Shown here: positions 10,151 to 19,348 of the stretch, piece after piece | How positions within the stretch are numbered: position 1 is the first letter of the stretch | Layout: each line of letters begins with the position of its first letter | Assembly (NCBI RefSeq): GCF_001997385.1 | Contig: NZ_CP019633.1 | Coordinates: 2,190,001-2,222,000, forward strand | DNA length: 32,000 nt | Source of the DNA: Sedimentisphaera cyanobacteriorum | GTDB taxonomy: Bacteria; Planctomycetota; Phycisphaerae; Sedimentisphaerales; Sedimentisphaeraceae | Direction: 5' to 3' | Notes under the pieces: generated by a model | What the model saw: only the letters and a program-made list of their open reading frames with translations | Database searches by the model: none | What the model was told of the DNA's origin: nothing | Made by a program: the position numbers and the translations under genes

Positions 10151-11482
10151 ATGCAGAAATACAGCGTTCCCGGAGCATGGAGCACCAAATATGCTATTAT
10201 CAAATTTGCAGCGATAATAATCACCCTTCTGCTGTTTCTGATTCCTCTGGGTATGTTCGACGGGATTATGCGAAGCCGGCGAAGCAGGTGCGAGCAGGTG
10301 AAGATGGAGATCAGCGAGAAATGGAGCGGAGGCAGGCAGACAATCGCCGGCCCGGTGGTCATTCTGCCTTATCAGGAACGCGAGCTTGTCCCGGAGTACG
10401 ATAAAACGGGCACCAAAACCGGCACCACAGTTAAAACAGCAAACGGCAAAATCGTCGTGCTTCCCGAAACATTGAATATCGACTCGCAGGCCGATGCGCA
10501 CGTGAGATACAGAAGCATATACGAGGCGGTGGTTTACAATTCTGATATCAGCATTTCGGGAAAGTTCGTTCTCCCCGAAGCAGAGCAGCTGAAGATCAGC
10601 GAAGAGAATGTTACTGTCGGCAAGCCCGAGCTGGCGTTCTTTGTCAACAGCACCAAGTCTTTCAGCGAAACGATTAAGGCGGAAATCAACGGCATTTCAA
10701 AGGTATTCAAACGCGGGGCAACTGAGATAAGAACATTCCCTCAGGGCGATCTGTACTGCTTTATAAACCAGAAGCTCGGGGATGAAGTGCAGTTCAGTAT
10801 TGATCTGAACGTAAAGGGTGCGGGCGGCCTTTCCTTCGCTCCGCTGGGCAGTGAAACAAAGGTTAAAATCCAATCCTCATGGCCGAATCCAAGCTTCAGC
10901 GGGGAGTTTCTCCCGAAACAGCGAGAGATTAGCGATTCGGGCTTCTCGGCCGAGTGGCAGCTGCTTGGGATGAACCGCGAATACCCCCAGATATGGAACA
11001 ATCGCGAGTATAGAATCAGCGAGTCGTTCTTCGGCGTGGAATTTTTCAACAGCGTGAATGTGTATCATAAGTATGAGCGGACTGCGAAATATGCGATTCT
11101 TTTCGTGATATTCACATTTATTGCGATGTTTCTGATTGAATCGGCCTGCGATTTTAGTTTTCAATATTTCCATTATTTGCTTGTGGGAGCTGCCTCAACT
11201 CTTTTCTACATAATCCTTCTTGCAACGAGCGAACACCTCAGCTACGCCCCAGCCTTCCTTATTTCCGCGTCTGCTATGACGATTCTGAATTCGGCATACT
11301 GCTGGGCAATATCCAGAAAGGGCAAGGCGGCCTTGGCTATGTTCATCACTCTCGCACTGCTCTACGGATTCTGGTATTTCGTTTTGAACCTGCAGGATAC
11401 CGCTCTGCTCGTTTGCTCGTGGGGACTTTTCATAATCCTCGCTGCGATTATGTTTATAACGCGAAAAAGCAGGATATTCTAA
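10151..11482 (+). CDS. creD: Cell envelope integrity / inner membrane protein CreD
   Basis: 443 aa. It has an N-terminal TM helix, then the EISEKWSGGRQTIAGPVVILPY motif, a long periplasmic region and a C-terminal cluster of TM helices. This is the CreD family architecture. AAGGAAAC lies upstream of the ATG. Confidence 0.8.
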   Translation: MQKYSVPGAWSTKYAIIKFAAIIITLLLFLIPLGMFDGIMRSRRSRCEQVKMEISEKWSGGRQTIAGPVVILPYQERELVPEYDKTGTKTGTTVKTANGKIVVLPETLNIDSQADAHVRYRSIYEAVVYNSDISISGKFVLPEAEQLKISEENVTVGKPELAFFVNSTKSFSETIKAEINGISKVFKRGATEIRTFPQGDLYCFINQKLGDEVQFSIDLNVKGAGGLSFAPLGSETKVKIQSSWPNPSFSGEFLPKQREISDSGFSAEWQLLGMNREYPQIWNNREYRISESFFGVEFFNSVNVYHKYERTAKYAILFVIFTFIAMFLIESACDFSFQYFHYLLVGAASTLFYIILLATSEHLSYAPAFLISASAMTILNSAYCWAISRKGKAALAMFITLALLYGFWYFVLNLQDTALLVCSWGLFIILAAIMFITRKSRIF

Positions 11483-11496
11483 AATACTTCCGAAAG

Positions 11497-12993
11497 CACA
11501 GCCATCCCATAAGTCCATAAATTTATCGTTGAGGGCTTGTTTATTGTATTAAAACGCCCTTTTCTTGAAGGATTTGAATTACCCCAGTTTGCATTTTTTT
11601 TGCTTTTGTTCAATTGGCAGTTTTTTGCTCAATACTGCCCGCTCTCTTTTCACCTCTTTATTTTCGTAAAATCTTGCTACATATTAAAACCCGGCAAATA
11701 AGCCTGCTGAGGGCTGCCAACCATACGCGGTGAACCACGTGCTGTCCCACAGGCAGCCATAACGCTAAAAACATCCAGCCGGCTGAATAATAACCCCTCA
11801 GTAAAGTAAACAATCGGCTGAATGCTCCTTTCCACTGACCGAGGAAACCTATATACCTTATTAAAATATAAGCCAGCATAGCCGTCCATACTTGCCATAG
11901 AATTGCTTTTTGGCTATGCCCTAGGAAATCGCTTAGCTGCAAAGTCTGTTTTATCTGCTTGAAAAACACCTCTATACCCCAGCGGCACTTATATAGGTCG
12001 CAAATACTGCTCGGCGCCCACTGCATATTGTTCGTGATAAATTTCATAAGCTTTTTCTCGCCGTTAATTTCCACATAAGCCTTAACTAAACGGAGCTTCT
12101 TCGGGTATGCCTCGCGGCTTTTCGGCATTTCAAGTTCAATTAAAGCATCGTATTGGATATTACCTTTTGGTTCTGTATTCTGTTTAACAAAACGATATTT
12201 CATATTATCTTTGGCTCTGGTAACCCAGAATAATTCTCGCCTGTCAAGATCTGCTAGATGCTTAAAATCCACGTAAGCCTTGTCAAAAACCGCTATTTCG
12301 CCGCTTTTAAGGTCCTGACAGAGCTGATAAGCTTCTGTCGAATCATGGGTTGAGGCTTCTTTTACAATAGCAAATTGAGGCAGGAACGTCTGGAGATTCA
12401 GCTGCATATGGCACTTTGCAGCCGCTTTTCGTCTGCGATGTTTAGCCCAGTCAATACAGTTGGCTACAAGCTGGATCGTGGTTGAGTCAACCGCATATAT
12501 TGCTCTCTTAAAACGCCTCGGAAGGCCGGAATACTTATGGCCTCTCCCAAAATCAAGATGTTTGTTCTGGATATGGGACAGCACCTCCCAGAAGAGAGTC
12601 TCTGCCATAAGAGGATCTCGAACCCTGTTTGCATGAGAAAGCCCATTCCTGCTTGGAGGGGTTGCACGGCGGATAGGAGTCAAAGCTCCAGAATGATTAC
12701 GCAATGTGTCGGAAACGTCGTTGAGCGAGAGACTGTGAGCAATCTGGACATGAAGCATAGATACAATGTGCGACCAGCAAGAAAATGTTCGTGATTGCTT
12801 GTCAATACCGAAAGACCGAGACAATTTTGAAACAAGATGTGCAGGAATATGTTGACAAATCTGTTTGAGTATGGTATATTTGTGCTTACATGGTGGCATA
12901 AGTTACTCCTGTTTTTTTGCGATTACAGTGTAACTTATGTCATTATATTTGGAAATAAATACTTCGAAACTAATAGCCTATGGGATGGCTGTG
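11497..12993 (-). mobile_element. IS4-family insertion sequence (~1.5 kb) with perfect 15-bp terminal inverted repeats
   Basis: CACAGCCATCCCATA at 11497-11511 is the exact reverse complement of TATGGGATGGCTGTG at 12979-12993. The pair brackets a single DDE transposase ORF. The element begins 15 nt after the creD stop. No flanking target-site duplication was seen. Confidence 0.8.
11658..12899 (-). CDS. IS4-family DDE transposase (N-terminal DUF4372-like region + DDE_Tnp_1 core)
   Basis: 413 aa. The DDE candidates lie in IYAVDSTTIQL, IAVFDKAYVDF and the Y-x2-R-x3-E-x6-K signature YKCRWGIEVFFKQIKQ. The N-terminal SLNDVSDTL...SRNGLSHAN segment is typical of this IS4 subgroup. Confidence 0.9.
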   Translation of the reverse strand: MPPCKHKYTILKQICQHIPAHLVSKLSRSFGIDKQSRTFSCWSHIVSMLHVQIAHSLSLNDVSDTLRNHSGALTPIRRATPPSRNGLSHANRVRDPLMAETLFWEVLSHIQNKHLDFGRGHKYSGLPRRFKRAIYAVDSTTIQLVANCIDWAKHRRRKAAAKCHMQLNLQTFLPQFAIVKEASTHDSTEAYQLCQDLKSGEIAVFDKAYVDFKHLADLDRRELFWVTRAKDNMKYRFVKQNTEPKGNIQYDALIELEMPKSREAYPKKLRLVKAYVEINGEKKLMKFITNNMQWAPSSICDLYKCRWGIEVFFKQIKQTLQLSDFLGHSQKAILWQVWTAMLAYILIRYIGFLGQWKGAFSRLFTLLRGYYSAGWMFLALWLPVGQHVVHRVWLAALSRLICRVLICSKILRK

Positions 12994-13363
12994 AATTTAT
13001 TTAATGACAGTTTTTTGTAGCACAAAATAATATAGGCAGCAACCTTAATTATTGGCATATAAGCCGTTATTCTAAATTTTGTATTCAACAAAGTTCAAGT
13101 TAAGCAACTGAGGTGTTTTGAATATTGCAATTAAAGGGTAAGCTATTTCTTGCCGCGGGAAAAACGGCGGGACTGCCAACGTTCTTGCATAAGGATATTT
13201 GATTGGTAGAATAAAAACAAGTGGCAAATGCTCTCTAACCATCAAGTAGCCCTTCGCTGTTCAGAACAGTTCGGCCGTAATTTTAATGGGATACTGCCCG
13301 CGGCATAGGTTATGTTCGTCCCGTTTGTTCGGCATTTATCACAAGTAATATAAAGGAGTTAAT

Positions 13364-13867
13364 ATGGAATCATCTGCTTCATTTAACGCCCCTTGGAGCA
13401 AGTCTTTGAAATTTATGACAGGTGTGTTCGCAGTTATCCTTGCCGGCATTGCGCTTATTGGGATTTTTACAGCCTCCGAAACAGCCCTCGAAGGGGCAGT
13501 AAGCATGACAGCAATACCTCTTGCGATACTCCTCATCTCCGCCTTATTTACGATTCGCGGTTATGTTCTTACAAAGAACACACTTATCATCCGGCGTCTG
13601 GTCTGGAATACACGATTAGATTTAACGGGTCTTATTTCCGCAGAGGCCAAGCCTAAAGCAATGTCAAAATCGATTCGTACATTCGGCAATGGAGGGCTGT
13701 TTTGTTTCGCCGGCGCATTTCACAATAAAGCCCTCGGTTCCTATCGTGCATTTGTTACAGACACAAGCCGCACAGTGGTTTTGAAGTTTGCAAATCGCAC
13801 GGTGGTGGTTTCGCCGGATAAGCCGGAGGAGTTTGTAACACAAATCAAAAATTTCAGAAAAATATAG
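13364..13867 (+). CDS. Membrane protein with a bacterial PH (bPH) domain
   Basis: 167 aa with two N-terminal TM helices. These are followed by GYVLTKNTLIIRR...IRTFGNGGLFCFAGAFHNKALGSYRAFVTD...VVLKF..RTVVVSPDKPEEF, which matches the bPH-family pattern. AAGGAG is 7 nt upstream of the ATG. Confidence 0.7.
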   Translation: MESSASFNAPWSKSLKFMTGVFAVILAGIALIGIFTASETALEGAVSMTAIPLAILLISALFTIRGYVLTKNTLIIRRLVWNTRLDLTGLISAEAKPKAMSKSIRTFGNGGLFCFAGAFHNKALGSYRAFVTDTSRTVVLKFANRTVVVSPDKPEEFVTQIKNFRKI

Positions 13868-13944
13868 TCTCAGCTCCCTGATTGATTAGAATACAGCTCC
13901 TAATTCAAAATAAAATGTTCAAAAAGACCCAAAGGAGACATTCT

Positions 13945-14778
13945 ATGAAAGCTGCACCGAAGTTTGCAATCATTCTCGCTGCTGTTTTTTGTTCACTGCC
14001 CGCTATTGCAGCGGAAAACTATAAAACCGAAACCAACATTCTCTACCGTAATCCGGCTCAGGCCGAGGCGGACAGCTATATCAAGCAGCGCTGCCGGCTT
14101 GATCTGTACTACCCCGATGAGGAAGGTGTTTTCCCCACTGTGGTATGGTTTCACGGAGGCGGGCTTACCGGCGGGAACAAATACATCCCCACTCAGCTCA
14201 AGGAGAAGGGTGTTATCATTGCCGCCGTTAATTACAGGCTTTATCCGCAAGTTAAATCGCCGGTATATATTCAAGACGCAGCAGCGGCAATCGCCTGGGC
14301 GTTTGAGAATATCGAGAGATACCGCGGCTCCCGTGAGCAGATATTCGTTTCCGGCCATTCAGCTGGCGGCTATCTCACCAGTATGGCAGGGCTCGATAAG
14401 AGCTATCTGGCGGAATTCGGGATTGATGCAGATGATATCGCCGGCCTAATTCCCTTCAGCGGACACACAATCACCCATTTTACCGTTCGCAAGGAACGCG
14501 GCATCCCCGGCACGCGCCCAATAGCGGATGAGATGGCTCCGCTCTATCACGTTCGCAAAGACGCCCCGCCATACGTGATCATTACCGGAGACAGAGATCT
14601 GGAAATGCTCGGCCGATACGAAGAAAACGCATATATGTGGAGGATGATGAAGGTTTGCGGGCATCAGCAAACCAGCATCTACGAACTCGAGGGCTACAAC
14701 CACGGAGAAATGCCCCATGCAGGATTCAAGATCCTGCTCGAGACAATCCAAGAGATCGTAAAGAGAATTCAGCAGTAA
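13945..14778 (+). CDS. Secreted alpha/beta hydrolase (esterase/lipase, HGGG-type)
   Basis: Oxyanion motif VVWFHGGGLTGG, nucleophile elbow GHSAGG, a later Asp (ITGDRD) and His (GYNHGEM). The signal peptide is MKAAPKFAIILAAVFCSLPAIAA. I chose the start at 13945 (AAGGAG at 13932-13937) rather than the track start at 13882. Confidence 0.8.
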   Translation: MKAAPKFAIILAAVFCSLPAIAAENYKTETNILYRNPAQAEADSYIKQRCRLDLYYPDEEGVFPTVVWFHGGGLTGGNKYIPTQLKEKGVIIAAVNYRLYPQVKSPVYIQDAAAAIAWAFENIERYRGSREQIFVSGHSAGGYLTSMAGLDKSYLAEFGIDADDIAGLIPFSGHTITHFTVRKERGIPGTRPIADEMAPLYHVRKDAPPYVIITGDRDLEMLGRYEENAYMWRMMKVCGHQQTSIYELEGYNHGEMPHAGFKILLETIQEIVKRIQQ

Positions 14779-14843
14779 TATAATAGGACGAAAAACTTTT
14801 AAGTTATCTGGTGCTTTGATTCAATGGAGAGAAAATTATCTGT

Positions 14844-14871
14844 TTGAAAAAAAATCGTCTTCGTGCATAAT
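14844..14871 (+). promoter_or_regulatory. Candidate sigma70-type promoter for ndk
   Basis: TTGAAA (14844-14849), a 16-nt spacer, then CATAAT (14866-14871), about 85 nt upstream of the ndk ATG. Confidence 0.45.
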
Positions 14872-14954
14872 AGCAGGAAATTAAGCTTATGCGAAAACTT
14901 GATAAAAACAAGCTCGCTTTTTTACTTTTCGGGATTAAATTTGGAGACAGCCGA

Positions 14955-15401
14955 ATGCAGAGATCTTTAATAATAGTAAAGCCGGATGCTGTGCAGCGAG
15001 GCCTGTGCGGGGAGATAATGAAACGCTTTGAAAACAAAGGGCTGAAGCTTGCCGCCTCTAAGTTTATGCTGGTGAGCAGAGAAACTGCCGAAAAGCATTA
15101 CGCTGTACACAAAGAAAAGCCTTTCTACGATAAGGTTTGCAAATATCTCTCCTCGTCGCCTGTGCTTGTGATGGTATGGCGGGGGAAAGATGCAGTTGAG
15201 CTTGCCAGAAGGGTTATCGGAGCCACATCGCCCTTCGATGCCTCTCCGGGAACAATAAGAGGCGATCTCTCGATGAGCAAAACCAGCAACCTTGTGCACG
15301 GGTCTGATTCGGTTGAGACGGCCGAATACGAGATCCCGCTTTTCTTCTCTGAGGATGAGGTTCTCAGCTACGACCTCTGCACAGACGACTGGCTGGAATA
15401 A
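14955..15401 (+). CDS. ndk: Nucleoside diphosphate kinase
   Basis: MQRSLIIVKPDAVQRGLCGEIMKRFENKGLKL...GATSPFDASPGTIRGD...NLVHGSDS, the canonical NDK sequence with active-site His in NLVHGSD. I chose the internal ATG at 14955 (GGAG at 14943-14946); the 22-codon extension in the track ORF is not NDK-like. Confidence 0.93.
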   Translation: MQRSLIIVKPDAVQRGLCGEIMKRFENKGLKLAASKFMLVSRETAEKHYAVHKEKPFYDKVCKYLSSSPVLVMVWRGKDAVELARRVIGATSPFDASPGTIRGDLSMSKTSNLVHGSDSVETAEYEIPLFFSEDEVLSYDLCTDDWLE

Positions 15402-15410
15402 TAAAAACAT

Positions 15411-15435
15411 AAAAGCTGCTTCGGCGGCTTTTTTT
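15411..15435 (+). terminator. Rho-independent terminator after ndk
   Basis: AAAAGCTGC / GCGGCTTTT stem (one G-U pair) with a TTCG tetraloop, running into a T run. Confidence 0.75.
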
Positions 15436-15448
15436 ATGCGCAATTTCC

Positions 15449-15476
15449 TTGAGCTTCCGCCGGCATATTTTATACT
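15449..15476 (+). promoter_or_regulatory. Candidate sigma70-type promoter for ribE-addB-addA
   Basis: TTGAGC (15449-15454), a 16-nt spacer, then TATACT (15471-15476), 36 nt upstream of the ribE ATG. Confidence 0.5.
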
Positions 15477-15511
15477 GTTAAGCAGGATTATTTAGGAGAG
15501 AATCAGCAAAT

Positions 15512-16156
15512 ATGTTCACAGGTTTAGTTCAGCAGACAGGCCGGATAGAAGGTTTTTCCCAAACTTCCGGCGGGGCATTACTGGAAGTTCACACCGGCCG
15601 GCTTTCAGAGGATATATCCGAAGGAGACAGCGTTTCAGTTAGCGGGGTATGCCTTACCGCAGCGAAAAGAAGCTCCAGCAGCTGGAGTTTCGATGTAAGC
15701 AGTGAAACCCTCAGGCTCTCCAACCTCCGGGAGAAAGGGATTGGCAGCGAGGTAAACCTCGAGCTTGCTATGAGCGCTTCAGGCAGGTTTGGCGGACATA
15801 TAGTGCAGGGGCATATCGACGGAGTCGGCAGACTTGAACGTACTGAGAAAAAGGGCGATTTCTATGAAATATGGGTTAGCGTTAGCCGTGAAATATCAGA
15901 AATGCTCCTAAAAAAGGGTTCGGTTAGCGTGGAGGGGATAAGCCTAACGACAGCATCACTGAAAGATGCAGGGTTCAGCTGCGCTGTTATCCCGGAAACT
16001 TGGCAGAGAACTAACCTCAAAACGCTTAGCGTGGGCAGCCCTGTAAACATCGAAACGGATATGATAGTTCGTGCGGTTAGAAAGCAGCTTGAAGTTCTTA
16101 CAGGAACACAAGACAGCGGACTTACAATAGAAAAGCTCAGGGAGATGGGCTTTTAG
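15512..16156 (+). CDS. ribE: Riboflavin synthase (alpha chain)
   Basis: Canonical N-terminus MFTGLVQQTGRI, and an internal duplication with GDSVSVSGVCLT in the first half and GHIVQGHIDGVG...GSVSVEGISLT in the second. Confidence 0.92.
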   Translation: MFTGLVQQTGRIEGFSQTSGGALLEVHTGRLSEDISEGDSVSVSGVCLTAAKRSSSSWSFDVSSETLRLSNLREKGIGSEVNLELAMSASGRFGGHIVQGHIDGVGRLERTEKKGDFYEIWVSVSREISEMLLKKGSVSVEGISLTTASLKDAGFSCAVIPETWQRTNLKTLSVGSPVNIETDMIVRAVRKQLEVLTGTQDSGLTIEKLREMGF

Positions 16157-16168
16157 GCAGATTGTTAT

Positions 16169-19100
16169 ATGAATATAAGATTCATAACAGGGAGAAGCGG
16201 GGCAGGGAAAACAAGGCTCTGCATTGAGGAAATAGTAAGCCTTCTTGAAGATAAAAACGACTCAAGGAAGCTTATTTTCCTCGTGCCCGAGCAGGCGAGT
16301 TATCAGATGGAAGAGGCCGTGCTGAAGCGATGCAGCCCGCAGGCATACAACAAACTCAGCGTTGTTTCATTTTCGAGGCTGTCTTACTGGATCCTTCGCG
16401 AAAACAGGACGCTTGAGACGATAAGCAAATCCGCAAAACGTATGATTCTTCTTCGCATCCTTCAGCAGAATTCAGACAGGCTGAGCATCTTCTCGGATAT
16501 CTCCTCCTCAAGGCTCAATGCAGAAGAGCTGGAAAAGCTTATAGACGAATTCTACGCAAGCGATCTCTCGCCATTGAATCTCAAAACCGCAGCCGAAAAT
16601 CTCAGGGAAAAACAAAACCTCTACACATACCAGAAGTTTTCGGATATCGCCTTCATATACGATGAGTTCACCAAATTCATTCACAACCGATACAGAGACC
16701 CCGACGCATACTTAACAGAGCTCGTAAGCGAGATACCCGAAAGCAGCTTTGCGGAAAATTCACTTATCTGGGTGGACGGTTTCTCGGGATTCAGCGCAGC
16801 AGAAAGGGACGTGCTCAAACAGCTCGCAGCAAGAGCAGAGCAAACCGCAATAACCTTCTGCGCAGACCCGCAAAACCCGAGCAATCCTGTATTCTCCCCA
16901 TCTAACAATACCCTCGCCCAGCTTGAGAAAGACTTTCAAAAAGCAGGCGGCTTTAATATTGAATATGTAAAGCTCTCCAGCGGGGGCAGATGGATAAACG
17001 GCTCAGAGGAGCTTCGAAAGCTCGAGGAGAGCCTTGCTGCCGACAGGCAGGTGCTGATTGAAAGCGAGACTGTAAAAACAGCAAATCCCGAATCGATAAG
17101 AGATGAGGTTGTGATTGCTGCTGAGAAGATTGTTTCCATGGCAGCGGCAGGCGAGATGAATTTTGAGGATATCGGGATTATCACACCAAAAATTTCGAAA
17201 TACCAAAGACACCTGCGAGAGGTGTTTGCCGATTACGGCATCCCGCTGTTTATAGACAAAAACCAGCCGCTTCAGGATGATGTATTCGCAAAATGCATAC
17301 TCACTGCCCTTGCTTTCATCAGCTCAGGGCTGAAAACATATGACCTCTCAGCGTATTTGAAAAACCCCTGCTCGCCGGCAGATTTCGATACGGCTGTTTC
17401 GATAGAGAATAAGCTTATGAAAACAGGTGTTCAAAGCGAGGCTCTGCTCGGCAGCATCCGAAATTATCCCCAGCTTGAGCCGCTATTCAATTTTGCCGAG
17501 CTCTGGCGCAACTCAAGAAAAATCTCGATTGAAGAGTTTACGCAGGCTGTAAAAAGCTTCATCAGCTATCATTCTTGCCTTGCTCCCGAGCAGAGTCGTT
17601 TATTCACAGAAGCCGCCGAAAAAATACTGCGGGAGATGAACATCGCCTTCAGCGGCTTTGCAAGCGAGTTTGCGGAGTTTTTGAATATATTCCGAAGCGA
17701 GGCTGTGGTTTGTAATACAGGCAAAATACCCGCAGAAAGAAAAGAAGTTACAGCGGGAGACGTAAGCCGCGCGAGAAAACCGGAGCTGAAGGCTCTGTTT
17801 ATTATGGGCGCATTGCGGGGCGATTTTCCCGCCTGCAAACCTCAAGAAGGGGTTTTAAGCGAGCTCGACAGGCAGAATGCTGCTGATGAAGGGCTGGATA
17901 TTCCCCAGCCGATGAAGGAAATGGCAGAATCCGAAAAATACCTCAACTACATAGCCCTCACAAGGGCAAGCGAAAGGCTTTTCGTGAGCTTCCCTTCAGC
18001 GAGCGAAGAAGGGCCGGCTGATATCCTGAAATCCCTTGCAGGCCAAAACCGCAGGCCCGCAAAAAATTATACAGCTCTCTGCGAGCTCCGCATTCCCAGC
18101 GAAGTATTGCAGGAAAGGCTCTCAGCGCTTATAGCCTCGGAAAGGCTTTCTCTTGCAGATGCTGCAGGCCAGCTCGAATCTCTGGAGGTTTTTCAAAGGG
18201 CTGCTTCCTGGTCAAACAGCACAGAGCTTTCCGCCGAAACTGTGCGGAGTTTCTATAAGGGGAAAAAAGATATCTCCGTCAGCGCTTTGCAGGATTATGC
18301 AAAGTGTCCGTTTATGTTTTTCTGCGGGCGGCTTCTCGGGATTGAAGCGAAGAGATTTGCCGCTTTCGACCCGCTCGAGCAGGGCAGCTTTATACATAAA
18401 GTTATGGATTCGGTTTCAAAAAGACTGCTTGAAAATGGGCAAGGCTTCGACTGCCCCGCTTCAGATCTGCTCTGCCTTGCGGATGACTGCATAAAAAAGC
18501 TCCTTGAGGCCGGCAGTGAATTCCAAGCTGCGGACAGGCACTCAGAATTCGTGCTTAACACGCTTAAGGAAAATGCGAAAGACTTAGTCCTGCTTTGCGG
18601 CAAAATGGCATCTCTGGGCAGCTTCAAGCTTGCAAGCTCTGAAAAGAAATTCTCAAGCCAGACAAACTCCATCAAACTCTATGAAGATTCAGAGCTTTCT
18701 ATCTATATGGAAGGTTTTATAGACCGCTGCGATTTATACGAGCACCCTTCTCGGGGAAAACTTGCCCTTGCTCTTGACTACAAGCTTTCCAACTATAAAC
18801 GAGACTTATCAAAAATCATACACGGGCTTGATATTCAGCTCCCCCTATACTGCAAGGCTCTCGAGAAGATGGGTTTTCCGCCGGCAGGTTTCCTGTATGT
18901 AGGCACAAAGCCACAATCAGGCTGCAAAATCTCAATCGAACAAATTCAGGACAGGCAGGTGAAGATATTCAAAACCTCCGGCTTTATAAACGAGAGCTTC
19001 TGGAGGTGCTTTGAAAACCTCGGCGAAGGTGAGAGCAGCGATGTATTCAATCTCAAGGTTAAAAAAGACGGAAATCTTGCCAAGAATACAGATGTGCTCA

Positions 19101-19348
19101 GCCCGGGGCATTTCAAAGAGCTGCTCAATATGTCTCTGGAAACCGCTGAGAGGATTGCCGCAAAAATAGCAGAGGCTGACATTAAGATTACTCCAGCTTC
19201 GATTAAGGGGAGCCTGCCCTGCGAATACTGCAATTTCCGTCCGGTATGCAGATACGAAGAGCTGTTTAATTCTCCAAAAATCCTCACGGGAGTGAGCAGG
19301 GTTGACGATTTGAAAATTATTCTCAATGAGAGGATGAGCAAACAATGA
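16169..19348 (+). CDS. addB: Helicase-nuclease complex subunit AddB (RexB), Fe-S type
   Basis: 1059 aa. It has an N-terminal Walker A GRSGAGKT, and C-terminal PD-(D/E)xK nuclease motifs (GFIDRCD, LDYKLS). Four Cys are arranged as in the AddB iron-sulfur staple (YAKCPFMFF ... LPCEYCNFRPVC). It sits immediately upstream of, and overlaps, addA. Confidence 0.88.
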   Translation: MNIRFITGRSGAGKTRLCIEEIVSLLEDKNDSRKLIFLVPEQASYQMEEAVLKRCSPQAYNKLSVVSFSRLSYWILRENRTLETISKSAKRMILLRILQQNSDRLSIFSDISSSRLNAEELEKLIDEFYASDLSPLNLKTAAENLREKQNLYTYQKFSDIAFIYDEFTKFIHNRYRDPDAYLTELVSEIPESSFAENSLIWVDGFSGFSAAERDVLKQLAARAEQTAITFCADPQNPSNPVFSPSNNTLAQLEKDFQKAGGFNIEYVKLSSGGRWINGSEELRKLEESLAADRQVLIESETVKTANPESIRDEVVIAAEKIVSMAAAGEMNFEDIGIITPKISKYQRHLREVFADYGIPLFIDKNQPLQDDVFAKCILTALAFISSGLKTYDLSAYLKNPCSPADFDTAVSIENKLMKTGVQSEALLGSIRNYPQLEPLFNFAELWRNSRKISIEEFTQAVKSFISYHSCLAPEQSRLFTEAAEKILREMNIAFSGFASEFAEFLNIFRSEAVVCNTGKIPAERKEVTAGDVSRARKPELKALFIMGALRGDFPACKPQEGVLSELDRQNAADEGLDIPQPMKEMAESEKYLNYIALTRASERLFVSFPSASEEGPADILKSLAGQNRRPAKNYTALCELRIPSEVLQERLSALIASERLSLADAAGQLESLEVFQRAASWSNSTELSAETVRSFYKGKKDISVSALQDYAKCPFMFFCGRLLGIEAKRFAAFDPLEQGSFIHKVMDSVSKRLLENGQGFDCPASDLLCLADDCIKKLLEAGSEFQAADRHSEFVLNTLKENAKDLVLLCGKMASLGSFKLASSEKKFSSQTNSIKLYEDSELSIYMEGFIDRCDLYEHPSRGKLALALDYKLSNYKRDLSKIIHGLDIQLPLYCKALEKMGFPPAGFLYVGTKPQSGCKISIEQIQDRQVKIFKTSGFINESFWRCFENLGEGESSDVFNLKVKKDGNLAKNTDVLSPGHFKELLNMSLETAERIAAKIAEADIKITPASIKGSLPCEYCNFRPVCRYEELFNSPKILTGVSRVDDLKIILNERMSKQ

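Noticed and set aside
10001-10501. 166-aa minus-strand ORF overlapping the creD 5' region
   Set aside because: It is antisense to a well-supported CreD gene and extends into the AT-rich intergenic region. Its composition is not protein-like (Cys/Phe/Arg-rich) and it has no family resemblance.
13882-13944. Upstream starts given by the ORF track for the esterase (13882) and for ndk (14889)
   Set aside because: Internal ATGs at 13945 and 14955 have good Shine-Dalgarno sequences and give a canonical signal peptide and a canonical NDK N-terminus respectively. The extensions are not conserved-looking.
15437-15511. FMN riboswitch upstream of ribE
   Set aside because: Only about 75 nt are available, and most of that is occupied by a promoter. 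None of the conserved RFN-element helices or motifs was recognisable.
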